A stretch of 64,000 nt of DNA from an uncultured Gammaproteobacteria bacterium (lineage in GTDB: Bacteria > Patescibacteriota > Patescibacteriia > UBA9934): assembly GCA_964599455.1 (NCBI GenBank), contig CAZREA010000004.1, positions 1,628 to 65,627 on the forward strand, in the 5' to 3' direction. A model generated the notes under the pieces. The model did not search any database and was not told the origin of the DNA. It saw nothing but the letters and a program-made list of their open reading frames with translations. Shown piece by piece: positions 40,033 to 49,321 of this stretch (positions are counted from its first letter, which is position 1; every line of letters begins with the position of its first letter). The position numbers and the translations under genes were made by a program.

Positions 40033-41457
40033 TCAATACGCCCCCTTGCGAAAAAGCACCGCAAACGGAGTCTTTAATAAAATCGTCAAATCCATCCATG
40101 GACTCCAATTTTCGATGTAGTGCATATCCAGTCGGACTTCTTCTTCAAAGTCGAGATTGGCGCGGCCGCTGACTTGCGATAAACCGGTAATGCCGGGTTT
40201 CACGGTTAATACCCGACGCTCGTGTGCTTTATAAAGTGAGACTTCTTCGGGTAAATGCGGGCGTGGACCAACGAGGCTCATGCGTCCCAGAAAGACCAGA
40301 TAAAATTCAGGCAGCTCATCTAAACTATATTTGCGAATGAATGAGCCAACGCGCGTGACACGGGGATCGTGCGCAAGTTTAAACAACGGCGTTCCTTCAC
40401 GCATGTTTCCATGTGCTTTTAAAAATTTTTGATCAAAACGATAGGTGTGTGCATTTTTGATCATCGAACGAAATTTGAAATAGGGAAAAGACTTGCCAAA
40501 TTGTCCAACGCGCACGACGTGCTCGCCGTTGGGAAGTTTGCGAAAGAAGATTGCGCCGGGTTGTTCGAGAAAAAGGGCTAGAGCAACAAGTATCTGAAGG
40601 GGAAGTGTCAGTAAAATAAGAAGCGTTGAGAGGATCACGTCAAACAGTCGTTTATAAATTGCTCCCCAGCCATCAAGCGGGGTTTTAGGAACTTCAATAA
40701 CGGGCGAATCTCCAAGCGTATGCACGATTGGCTGCAGAGTGCTGCCTGCAAACAAATCGGCACTATAAAGAAAGACGAGGTGTTCGTTATCGGCAAAGGA
40801 TTTGAGTGACAAAATTTCTTGTCGTGAGGCTTCGGAATTGGCCAAAAGCACGCCATCAAGTCGTCCTTCGCGGCGAAGGGCCTGTAATTTTTTGGCTACA
40901 TCATCGGTGAAGATGGGAATTTGAGTAATGACACGATAGCCCCAAGAAGGATGATATTTGAGTGAAGAAACGAGTGTGTTGGCACTTTTAGTTTTTCCAA
41001 TCACCACCAGTGTCGTGACATTCACGCCAAGGGTTCGGAGGCTTTTTTGCACTAATCGTACGACTAAACGCATAATCACCACAAAAATGATTGATAGTGC
41101 CCATGCTGCCAAAATAATAAAACGCGAATCAAACAGTTCACGCGAAAAGAAAGCAATGGCCAGCACGGCGGCCATTGCTGTTGAAGCAGCCATGCTCACT
41201 CGCAAACTTTCGTGCAGCATCCCTCCGCGCGGACGAATGCGATAAAGTCCTCCCAAAGCAAAAATGCCCAGATACAAAAAAGCGATCGGTACAACGACGG
41301 TGAGATATTCGGGAAGGGTAAGTGCGAATTGGACCGGCTTCAGCCACGTAAAAAATCCGGTAAAACGCAACGAATACGCAGCGACAGCTGCGGCGACCAA
41401 GGCCAAATAATCCAGTGGAACTAATACTGCCGCAATGGCCAAATCGGCACGTTTCAT
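40033..41457 (-). CDS. Polyprenyl-phosphate sugar transferase (WcaJ/WbaP-like)
   Basis: KRLFD, FKFRSM, DPRVT, SLDELP, MSLVGPRP, KPGITG. Confidence 0.92.
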   Translation of the reverse strand: MKRADLAIAAVLVPLDYLALVAAAVAAYSLRFTGFFTWLKPVQFALTLPEYLTVVVPIAFLYLGIFALGGLYRIRPRGGMLHESLRVSMAASTAMAAVLAIAFFSRELFDSRFIILAAWALSIIFVVIMRLVVRLVQKSLRTLGVNVTTLVVIGKTKSANTLVSSLKYHPSWGYRVITQIPIFTDDVAKKLQALRREGRLDGVLLANSEASRQEILSLKSFADNEHLVFLYSADLFAGSTLQPIVHTLGDSPVIEVPKTPLDGWGAIYKRLFDVILSTLLILLTLPLQILVALALFLEQPGAIFFRKLPNGEHVVRVGQFGKSFPYFKFRSMIKNAHTYRFDQKFLKAHGNMREGTPLFKLAHDPRVTRVGSFIRKYSLDELPEFYLVFLGRMSLVGPRPHLPEEVSLYKAHERRVLTVKPGITGLSQVSGRANLDFEEEVRLDMHYIENWSPWMDLTILLKTPFAVLFRKGAY

Positions 41458-41488
41458 ACCCTGCTATTTTAGCACGGGAAAGGAGGTA

Positions 41489-42358
41489 TTACGTGTTTTG
41501 CTTTTTTCGACAGCGAAAAACGTTGTATTTTTTATATTCTTTGGTGTCGAGAATTGTGAAAAGTTTTTGGGCATCTTTTTCAAAAAGAGCTACAAATCTG
41601 CCCTCGGTCACAAAAAAGAATTCCCCTTTTTGTTTCAGAAGGAGTGTCGCAGAGGTGAAAAACTTTTCTCTTTCCTCATTGCGAATATGAAAGGAAAAAT
41701 TGCTCACGATAAAGTCGATCTTATTGCGTAATGGTCTTCTTTGCTCGTCTTCTGCGGTGAGATCGGTTTGGAGAATCTCTACATTTTTTAACTCCTGCAC
41801 ATTTTCTGCCAATGCTTTATAGGCACCAATCTCTTTTTCGCAGGCAATAATGTGAGCGTCGGGGAATTCAGTTGCGAGTATGACCGAGATCGCGCCCCAT
41901 CCTGCGCCCAAATCGGCGACCACTTTTCCTGAGAGATCATCTGCTGCACGCAGAAAAACATCTAAAAGAAAACGTGTCCCTTCATCAAGATCTGTTTGCG
42001 AAAAAACCGCATCTCCAGGCGAGATGGTGTACATCTTTTCTTTGAAATAAAAGGTAATGGTGCGCTTGTTTTGTAAGGGTGCAAGATTTTGCGTGCTCTC
42101 TTTTACAATCTCCACAAGACGAATGTCCTCGCCACCTTTACCGACGATGATAGGATTCAAACCGTGTTCTTTCAGAAGAGTGAGTGTACTTTTGAGGCCG
42201 TACTTTTTTCTCGAAAGTAAAAAGATTCGATCTCCAATCGCAAGATTTTTCCATGCATCAACGATTTGATGATAGACGTTGCTCGCATCCTGTCCCCATT
42301 CGTGCCGGAGAAGGATAGAGGAAGGATATTGTTCTAAAATGCGCTGATAATCTTTCAT
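41489..42358 (-). CDS. RsmC/MTS-family methyltransferase
   Basis: VFSQTDLDEGT, DLGAGWG, SNFSFH. Confidence 0.8.
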   Translation of the reverse strand: MKDYQRILEQYPSSILLRHEWGQDASNVYHQIVDAWKNLAIGDRIFLLSRKKYGLKSTLTLLKEHGLNPIIVGKGGEDIRLVEIVKESTQNLAPLQNKRTITFYFKEKMYTISPGDAVFSQTDLDEGTRFLLDVFLRAADDLSGKVVADLGAGWGAISVILATEFPDAHIIACEKEIGAYKALAENVQELKNVEILQTDLTAEDEQRRPLRNKIDFIVSNFSFHIRNEEREKFFTSATLLLKQKGEFFFVTEGRFVALFEKDAQKLFTILDTKEYKKYNVFRCRKKQNT

Positions 42359-42774
42359 ACCGCATTCCCCTCGGTGAGATCTTCGTCGTCTTGTTGGAGA
42401 GTATGCGCGACGGACTGCGCTCGCGCTTCGGCTTTGTTTAGCGCGGCATCAAGATTTGCATCCTTTATGTGAATGAAAGCAATGATACCGTCAGGACTCT
42501 GTATTTCAAGTGAAACGTCCCATTCGATATGATCCTTTTTTTCGGAAGATTGATGAAAAGAGATTTCTGCCTTCTGAATCGAAGGATGAAGAGGGAAATG
42601 CACCACTTGCCAGTGTTTTCCTTGGGAGTCAGTATGTTCTTCGCCTAACGGTATACCTCGTTTTCTGAGCGCATGATGAAGGATAGTTTCTGGATGACTC
42701 GTGATGCGTTCTTGTTGATAATCATCCACGACGTTCAAAAGTTCTTGAATACGTTTACTTCTTTCTGATGACAT
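42355..42774 (-). CDS. Hypothetical protein
   Basis: Stop overlaps the methyltransferase start. Confidence 0.6.
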   Translation of the reverse strand: MSSERSKRIQELLNVVDDYQQERITSHPETILHHALRKRGIPLGEEHTDSQGKHWQVVHFPLHPSIQKAEISFHQSSEKKDHIEWDVSLEIQSPDGIIAFIHIKDANLDAALNKAEARAQSVAHTLQQDDEDLTEGNAV

Positions 42775-42875
42775 AGGATGTGGTAAATAACTACAGTGTA
42801 ACAAACAAAAGATTTTCAGCAGAATACAAGGGCGTGTGCTTGATTTTTTCGCGAAAATCCGTATACTATTCCGGC

Positions 42876-43370
42876 TTGGCGCGCCGGACGGCTATGCGTG
42901 GTTTACCACGTAAGGAAAGTCCGAACACCCTTTGTGCAGCAATGCACAATGAGCAAAGGCGTTGTTAACGACAACCAGGAAGAGATCGCAAGATCAGAGC
43001 CTAGGGAAAGTCTCATCTCGACGCAAGAACGGATGAGGTCAAAATCGGCGGGAAACGGCCGACAATGACGCAACAGAGACATTCAAACCTCCTTCGATTT
43101 GTTCATGGAGGCAAAAGGTGAAACGTGATGGGGACGCAAGTTTCCCATCTCCCTGCATGGTGACATGCAGGGTGGCAAACCCGCCTTGGTGCAAGAGCAA
43201 GATTGGTAGCTCGCTTGCCCCCAACGGAGCTCCGACCCACTTTGCGCAAGCTAGGTGGGGAGGAGCGAAGTGGGGCTTAGGTCACTGGCAACAGTGATCA
43301 CAGAGAAATGGCCGTCTCCCCCGAGCGTAAGCGAGGGGCCAGACAAAATTCGGCTTACAGGCGCGTCCAA
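42876..43370 (+). ncRNA. rnpB: RNase P RNA
   Basis: AAGGAAAGTCC (P4 5'), GCAACAGAG, GGTGAAAC, GGCAAACC, GCAAG, ACAAAATTCGGCTTA (P4 3'); P1 TTGGCGCGCC/GGCGCGTCCAA. Confidence 0.93.
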
Positions 43371-43372
43371 AC

Positions 43373-43407
43373 AAAAACACACCTTCGTCAGCGAAGGTGT
43401 GTTTTTG
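43373..43407 (+). terminator. rnpB terminator
   Basis: AAAAACACACCTTCG/CGAAGGTGTGTTTTT. Confidence 0.85.
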
Positions 43408-43896
43408 TTGTAGGGGCTGGGCGTGCCCAGCCCCTGACGCGATCGGAATAAAAAAGAGCTCAAAAGAAGATCTCTCGAGGGCAAAAAGCAAAGGTTATAC
43501 AAAACGTGCATTTACAAAAAGGATGTCCTCGGCAAATAATCGGTATATGTTCCACCGTTTTCGCAAGATGAGCGGTGGGACATGGATGGCGTGCAAAGGT
43601 CCGTGCTGGGCGGATAATGCCTACGTTCTCAAATGGGTGAGGGCCTGGGTGTATTCAAGCCTTTGTACGCCATCCTCTCTTTTTGTCTGGGCGGGACCTG
43701 GAATGATGCATTTCGCGATAGCCTTCAGAAGGTCCTCGCTGAATGGTTTTCGCGGCGATGCGCTTGTCGAGTGGTTCGGCAAGCGGTCCGGTGTTGTTCC
43801 AGGTCCCGTTTTTATCCCACGCGCGCTCGTGGGATTTTCCTTAAAACATGAACCCCCGCCACGACTCGGTCGGGCGGGGGTCACGAATGGTGCTGG

Positions 43897-44514
43897 CTAC
43901 TTCACTGCTTCGGCCGCTGCGGCGTCGGCAGGAGGAGAAGCGGGGATGTCGCCGTAGTAGACATCGAGCTCACCGATCGGCGCAGGGCTTTCGGGGGCGA
44001 TGAAGAGAGAGCCCTTCTGCTTGAAGCGCGGAACTCCCTCGTCCTCCTTATTCCTCCTGGGGATGACATTGCCCGGCTTTCTGCGGGGGAGTCTGACTTT
44101 CGTCCAGCCCCTCTGTGTGATTGCCTCCACTCGCTTCGGCCTCTCCAGCTCGAGGTCCGTGTAGTGGCGAGAGAATTCGCCGGGCGACCACGACTGCATC
44201 GCTCGACACCGCTGAAGCAGCGTCTCGGCGTGCTCGATCTGTGTCTTGATGTCCTGAGGATCTTCTGCCGTACGGACTCCGTTCCGCAGAGCCCGCATGC
44301 GACGAATCACCAATGTGAACGCATGGTGCGTTCCGTTGATCTTCATTCCGTCACGAATGCGTTCTGCGGTAGCGGCAAATTGCGAGATGGTCCGAGTAGC
44401 TGCGTTTTTACGACCTCGATCCTTTTCCTCTTTGGCAGGCTGAGGGGGATGATGTTTGCGGGGGTGCCAGGTGGACGTGTGCAATGAAACGACCCTCTTG
44501 TCTCTGCCCGACAT
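43897..44514 (-). CDS. Hypothetical basic protein
   Basis: GC-rich 205-aa ORF followed by hairpin at 43852-43881. Confidence 0.6.
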   Translation of the reverse strand: MSGRDKRVVSLHTSTWHPRKHHPPQPAKEEKDRGRKNAATRTISQFAATAERIRDGMKINGTHHAFTLVIRRMRALRNGVRTAEDPQDIKTQIEHAETLLQRCRAMQSWSPGEFSRHYTDLELERPKRVEAITQRGWTKVRLPRRKPGNVIPRRNKEDEGVPRFKQKGSLFIAPESPAPIGELDVYYGDIPASPPADAAAAEAVK

Positions 44515-44673
44515 GGGAAGAGTTCATCTAAGTTGCCGCAAAAGAAAGAAAAAAGCAAATCACGGATGTGTTTTAAAAAAAGAACACCACTCGCACGCAG
44601 CAGAGACGAGGCCGCAACAAGCGGTGATGTTCTGCTGCGCCACAGGTGGCGAAAGGTTTGTAGCTCGTTGGAG

Positions 44674-45102
44674 CTACTTGTTGTCGATGAAGCGCAGGGA
44701 CGTCTGCAGATCGCAGGCGTTCTTGCTTCTCTCGGCGGCTTCTTTGCTGTCCTGAGTATTGGTCTCCCAGAGTACGTAGGTATTTCCTTTGGCTCCGCAG
44801 GCCTCGGTATGGCCTACGAAGAGCGTAACGCCGGTTGCGCCCTGGACGACTCGCACCTTTTGACTGACGTCATTCAGGGAGCGTGCCGTCTTTTCTCCGA
44901 AGATGATTGCGAGCACTTCCGAGGTCGTCTTGCTGGCGACCTGAAAATTCACGCCGTGTGGTGTGGCGTAGATTTCGCCACCATACCCCGGAATCTCCAC
45001 GTAGACGCGATCAGTCTGCGAGAGCTTGCTCGGCTTGGGCAGCTCCTCGGCCTTGGCAATCGCGAAAGACAGGAGAATGAAGAACAAACTACACATGTTC
45101 AC
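44674..45102 (-). CDS. Hypothetical secreted protein
   Basis: Signal peptide (AKA-E), GAGG SD, Cys pair. Confidence 0.62.
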   Translation of the reverse strand: MNMCSLFFILLSFAIAKAEELPKPSKLSQTDRVYVEIPGYGGEIYATPHGVNFQVASKTTSEVLAIIFGEKTARSLNDVSQKVRVVQGATGVTLFVGHTEACGAKGNTYVLWETNTQDSKEAAERSKNACDLQTSLRFIDNK

Positions 45103-45394
45103 CTCATTTTGATTGAGTGAAATTTAGGATACGAAGCAATCAATCAGTATAATAAAAATGCTGCTTCGTCAACGGAAGTGGATGATTTTTGCAAAAAGAG
45201 AAAAAAGAGGTAAACAGTACGCGTTTAGCGCTTGCCTTGGCGGGCGTTAAGCTGGACGGAGTCTGGAGAGGTCCAATACCGTTTCGGCGGGATTCTTGTT
45301 GGATTTTTCTGGCGGACAGGGAATTTCTTCCTGTTCGTTTTAACACGGACTCCGTCCTTCATCTTTCTCGGGCCACTCTTCGGAGCGGCCCTTC

Positions 45395-46384
45395 TTATTT
45401 TGCCAAATGCAGCCCCATTCGTTTTTTGACAACGCGAATCTTTTCGTTCGCGATCTCATTCGCCCGCGCACTTCCCTCGGCGACAATTTTTTCAAGTTCG
45501 TCCGGATGCTTGAGATAATCGTTAATTTTTTCTTGGATCGGTTGCAAATACAAGACGAGCGCCTCGGCAACATCTTCTTTTAAATCTTTCATGCCCTTAC
45601 CTTCGTAGTCTTTGACGACTTTTTCAGCAGAGCGGTGGGTCGCAAGACCAAGAAGGGTGAGGAGATTTTTCACACCCGGACGTTCGTCATCAAGGGTGAC
45701 CGTCGCGAGCGAATCTGTGACCGCTGATTTGATTTTTTTGCGAATCACTTCAGCCTCGTCCATGATGGAAATATAATTCTTTTCCGATGATGCACTTTTG
45801 CTCATCTTTTTCATCGGATCATCAAGACCGAGAATTCGTGCTCCTTCTTTGCGGATTACTGGCTGTGGTACGACAAACGTTTCGCCGAAATCGCGATTAA
45901 ATCGTTCGGCTAAGTCGCGAGCAAGTTCGACGTGTTGTTTTTGATCAGCACCTACGGGCACCGCATCGGTGTCATAAAGCAAAATGTCCGCCGCCATAAG
46001 AATAGGATACGTGAGTAATCCTACCGATACATTCTCTCCCTTCACCTTACTCTTATCTTTAAATTGCGTCATACGTTCGGCTTCACCAATACGACAAACG
46101 CATTGTAAAAGCCAGGCAAGTTCTGCATGCGCCGGCACGAGTGATTGTTGAAAAAAGAGTGACTTTTTTTGATCGATGCCTGCGGCAAGATAGGTTGCCG
46201 CGGCAAAGGCGATGTTATGCGGAAGCTTTGCAGGATCTTGTGCAACGGTAAGCGCATGAAGATCAACGATCATGATGCGTACATCGTAGTCTTTTTGCAT
46301 CTCTACTGCAGGCAAAAGTGCGCCAAAATAGTTGCCGACATGAAGAAGGTTTGTGGGTTGAATTCCAGTAAGAGCTCGTTTCAT
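45395..46384 (-). CDS. trpS: Tryptophanyl-tRNA synthetase
   Basis: TGIQPT..HVGNY, YPILMAADIL, VPVGADQ, KMSKS. Confidence 0.96.
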   Translation of the reverse strand: MKRALTGIQPTNLLHVGNYFGALLPAVEMQKDYDVRIMIVDLHALTVAQDPAKLPHNIAFAAATYLAAGIDQKKSLFFQQSLVPAHAELAWLLQCVCRIGEAERMTQFKDKSKVKGENVSVGLLTYPILMAADILLYDTDAVPVGADQKQHVELARDLAERFNRDFGETFVVPQPVIRKEGARILGLDDPMKKMSKSASSEKNYISIMDEAEVIRKKIKSAVTDSLATVTLDDERPGVKNLLTLLGLATHRSAEKVVKDYEGKGMKDLKEDVAEALVLYLQPIQEKINDYLKHPDELEKIVAEGSARANEIANEKIRVVKKRMGLHLAK

Positions 46385-46427
46385 AGATAGGTACAGATTT
46401 ACACAGATCGAGAAGAGAGTAAACAGA

Positions 46428-46832
46428 TTACCAGTGTTTCCGATCATTGGTATAAATAATTCTTCGAAAATAAAGAGACATCATACCAAAATTCAAGAGG
46501 TAACCTAATTCATAACCTGTCACTTTAAGATAATCTCTCAATTGCGTTTCGTGAATTTTTACGGAATATTTTGTTGCCTTCATCTCAAGAATAATTTTAT
46601 CCGAGATAAGAAAGTCTGGCTGATACCAACCTAATCTTTTTTTCGTATCCACGGAATAAACGGGGATTTTTGGTTGATTTACGTAAGGAATTTTATGAAG
46701 CTCTAATTTTTCTTGAAATGCTCTCTCATAAATAACTTCTTTATGGGCAGATCCATATGAGTTATGAACGTCTATAGCAATACCAATAATTGCATGGCTA
46801 AGTTCTGGATGAAGATTTACAGAGGTATTCAT
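46428..46832 (-). CDS. GxxExxY family PD-(D/E)xK protein
   Basis: VHNSYG...EVIY, PDFLI..IILEMKA, GYLLNFG. Confidence 0.85.
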   Translation of the reverse strand: MNTSVNLHPELSHAIIGIAIDVHNSYGSAHKEVIYERAFQEKLELHKIPYVNQPKIPVYSVDTKKRLGWYQPDFLISDKIILEMKATKYSVKIHETQLRDYLKVTGYELGYLLNFGMMSLYFRRIIYTNDRKHW

Positions 46833-46914
46833 GAAGAGGAGTATAACAAAAAGACCCCGAGTTCGTCGGAGTCTTTTGTGATCTGTCATTATTTTTTTGA
46901 TCTGTGTAAATCTG

Positions 46915-48774
46915 TTATACCTCAATAATCACCGGCAGAATCATCGGTCGTCGTTCCGTCTGTTGGAACAAGAATTTTCCGAGCTCCTCACGAATCGTGG
47001 TTTTTACTTGGTCGGGATCAAGTGGAGTGGAGGGAGTAGAATCTTTCAACGCCTTTGCCAAATGGAAACGCATTTTGTTCACGAATTCTTTGTTCTCCTT
47101 CATCTGAATAAAGCCACGACTAATGATGTCGGGTTCAGTAATAAGGGCACCGGTCTTTTGTTCGAATTGCGCAATGACAACGAGCATACCATCTTCAGCC
47201 ATCGCTTGACGATCGCGAAGAACAACTTGGGAAATATCTCCTACACCCAGTCCATCGACATACACATGATCAACAGGCACTTTTTCGTTGGTCATGTGTG
47301 CTTCGCCGAATGGCGATCCCGCTTTGGGGGGAAGAATTTCGATAATCTGTCCATTGTCTGCAACGAAGACGTTTTCTTCGCTCCATCCCATCGAATAGGC
47401 AACATCAGCATTTTCACGCAATAAAAAGTGGTTGCCTTCAATCGGCATGTAGTACTTTGGTTTAAAGAGCGCGATCATGAGTTTGATGTCCTCTTTTTTT
47501 GCATGACCTCCGGCGTGAACGTCCATGAGATCTTTGTGAATGACACGTGCGCGCTTGCGATACAGAAGATCTTTGAGGCGCTGTACGGAAGCCTCATTTC
47601 CCGGAATAACTGAGCTTGAGAAAATAAGTGTGTCATCCTGATCGAGACGAATAAAGCGGTGTTCATCATTGGCAATACGTGAAAGTGCCGCATTTTTTTC
47701 ACCCTGCGCACCTGTACAGATAACGGTAATTTTTTCGGGAGGGTAATTATTCACTTGTTCAATTGGAATAATATTTTTTTCTGCTACTTTAATAAATCCA
47801 AGTTCTTTGGCGATTTCGACGTTGGTTTTCATGGAATACCCATCGAGAGCGATTTTTCGTCCACAGCGCTCGGAAATTTCCATGATCTGTTTCACGCGGG
47901 ATAAGAGTGAAGCGAAGGTAGCGATAATCACGCGACCTTTGGCCTTTTCAATAATGCCCTGCAGTTCTTCGCCAATAATTTTCTCAGATTTTTGATGGCC
48001 AGGATGCTCAGCATTGGTGGAATCTCCCATGAGCAGTGTAACGCCCTGTTCGCCAAGGCGAGCCATTTTATGAAAATCTGCAGGTGCTTCCCCGACAGGA
48101 TGGAAGTCATACTTCCAATCTCCGGTGTGCGAAATGATGCCGTTAGGTGTTTCGACCACAATTCCTGCAGCGTCGGGGATATTGTGATTGATGTTGAAAA
48201 AGTGCACTTTAAAAACACCAAGTTGGAGCGTTGTTTCGATGGAAATGGTTTTAACGGTAACCTGAGATTCGGGAAAATCTGTTTGTCGCTTTTTGATAAT
48301 ACCGGCCGCCATTGGAAGGGCGTAGACGGTGGGATTTCCAATTTTTGGAAGTACATGCGGAATAGCGCCGATGTGATCGTAGTGACCATGGGTAATAATC
48401 ACGCCACGGATATTTTTTTCTTTTCCGCGAAGATACGACATGTTCGGGATGAGGTAGTCAACGCCAGGCATTTCTTCGGTGGGGAACATGAGTCCCATGT
48501 CGATGAGAATGATGTCGTTTTTATACTCGATGAGTGTACAGTTGATGCCGACTTCTTCAAGTCCACCTAAAACGATGACACGAACTTTGTCATCGGTGGG
48601 TGCGGGATAGAGCGTGGGAGCATTATTGTGCTCGGTGCTCACAAGTGGGGCATTTGGACCGCGTTGTTTAGAGGCGCGGAAGTTTCCGCGAGCAAATGAT
48701 GGGCGTTTGCCTTGGGGTGCACCTGCGGCCGGAGCAGCACGATGCGGTTGTGAGAATGGTTTAAAATTTCCCAT
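46915..48774 (-). CDS. rnj: Ribonuclease J
   Basis: GGLEEVG, THGHYDHIG, HTGDWK, HAGGH, RRPMILPVI. Confidence 0.95.
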   Translation of the reverse strand: MGNFKPFSQPHRAAPAAGAPQGKRPSFARGNFRASKQRGPNAPLVSTEHNNAPTLYPAPTDDKVRVIVLGGLEEVGINCTLIEYKNDIILIDMGLMFPTEEMPGVDYLIPNMSYLRGKEKNIRGVIITHGHYDHIGAIPHVLPKIGNPTVYALPMAAGIIKKRQTDFPESQVTVKTISIETTLQLGVFKVHFFNINHNIPDAAGIVVETPNGIISHTGDWKYDFHPVGEAPADFHKMARLGEQGVTLLMGDSTNAEHPGHQKSEKIIGEELQGIIEKAKGRVIIATFASLLSRVKQIMEISERCGRKIALDGYSMKTNVEIAKELGFIKVAEKNIIPIEQVNNYPPEKITVICTGAQGEKNAALSRIANDEHRFIRLDQDDTLIFSSSVIPGNEASVQRLKDLLYRKRARVIHKDLMDVHAGGHAKKEDIKLMIALFKPKYYMPIEGNHFLLRENADVAYSMGWSEENVFVADNGQIIEILPPKAGSPFGEAHMTNEKVPVDHVYVDGLGVGDISQVVLRDRQAMAEDGMLVVIAQFEQKTGALITEPDIISRGFIQMKENKEFVNKMRFHLAKALKDSTPSTPLDPDQVKTTIREELGKFLFQQTERRPMILPVIIEV

Positions 48775-49045
48775 AACAGTGAAATTAAGCACAGGACTTT
48801 CGAAAGAACGTGATTTGTCGATAAAAACGGCTAACCGTTTTTATCGCTATGTTTCGAGATTCGAAAATTCTGATCTGAAATAATAAGTTCAAAATTTCAA
48901 AACGAATTTGAGATTTTAAATTTAGTATTTAGAGCTGTAGAAAAAAGAAAGGGAAGGTGTTTGGAATAAGAATGGTGAGAGCGAAGATATGGGATCTCTT
49001 TATTTTTTCACTGACTAGGCGCCGGCGATAGCGAACGGAAGGTAG

Positions 49046-49170
49046 CAGAACCTTTTAAAATGATTCAGGCCTAGGAGGCTACACGACGCAGGCCGAGACG
49101 TACTGCAGACGTACGTTGAGGCCGAGTCGAGTGTCGCCGACAACGGCATGGAGCATTTTAAAAGGTTCTG
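49046..49170. repeat. Palindromic element family B, copy 1
   Basis: Perfect 17-bp IR CAGAACCTTTTAAAATG; 2 nt from the tRNA-Leu 3' end; core shared with 55789-55916. Confidence 0.85.
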
Positions 49171-49172
49171 TC

Positions 49173-49259
49173 TGGTGCGGATGGAGGGACTTGAACCCTC
49201 AAGGTGTCACCACCACAGGCTTCTGAGACCTGCGCGTATGCCAATTCCGCCACATCCGC
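49173..49259 (-). tRNA. tRNA-Leu(CAG)
   Basis: Cloverleaf with long variable arm; loop CTCAGAA; encoded CCA. Confidence 0.94.
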
Positions 49260-49321
49260 CTGTTGGACATCGCGTCCAAAAATCATCATGAACAATACCA
49301 GATCCTCCCTTTTGGGTCAAT

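Noticed and set aside
43500-43884. Short overlapping ORFs downstream of rnpB
   Set aside because: No frame has a convincing start or motif; cannot distinguish a gene remnant from noise
48860-48935. AT-rich TTCAAAA/TTTGA run upstream of rnj
   Set aside because: Low-complexity imperfect repeats with no consistent unit
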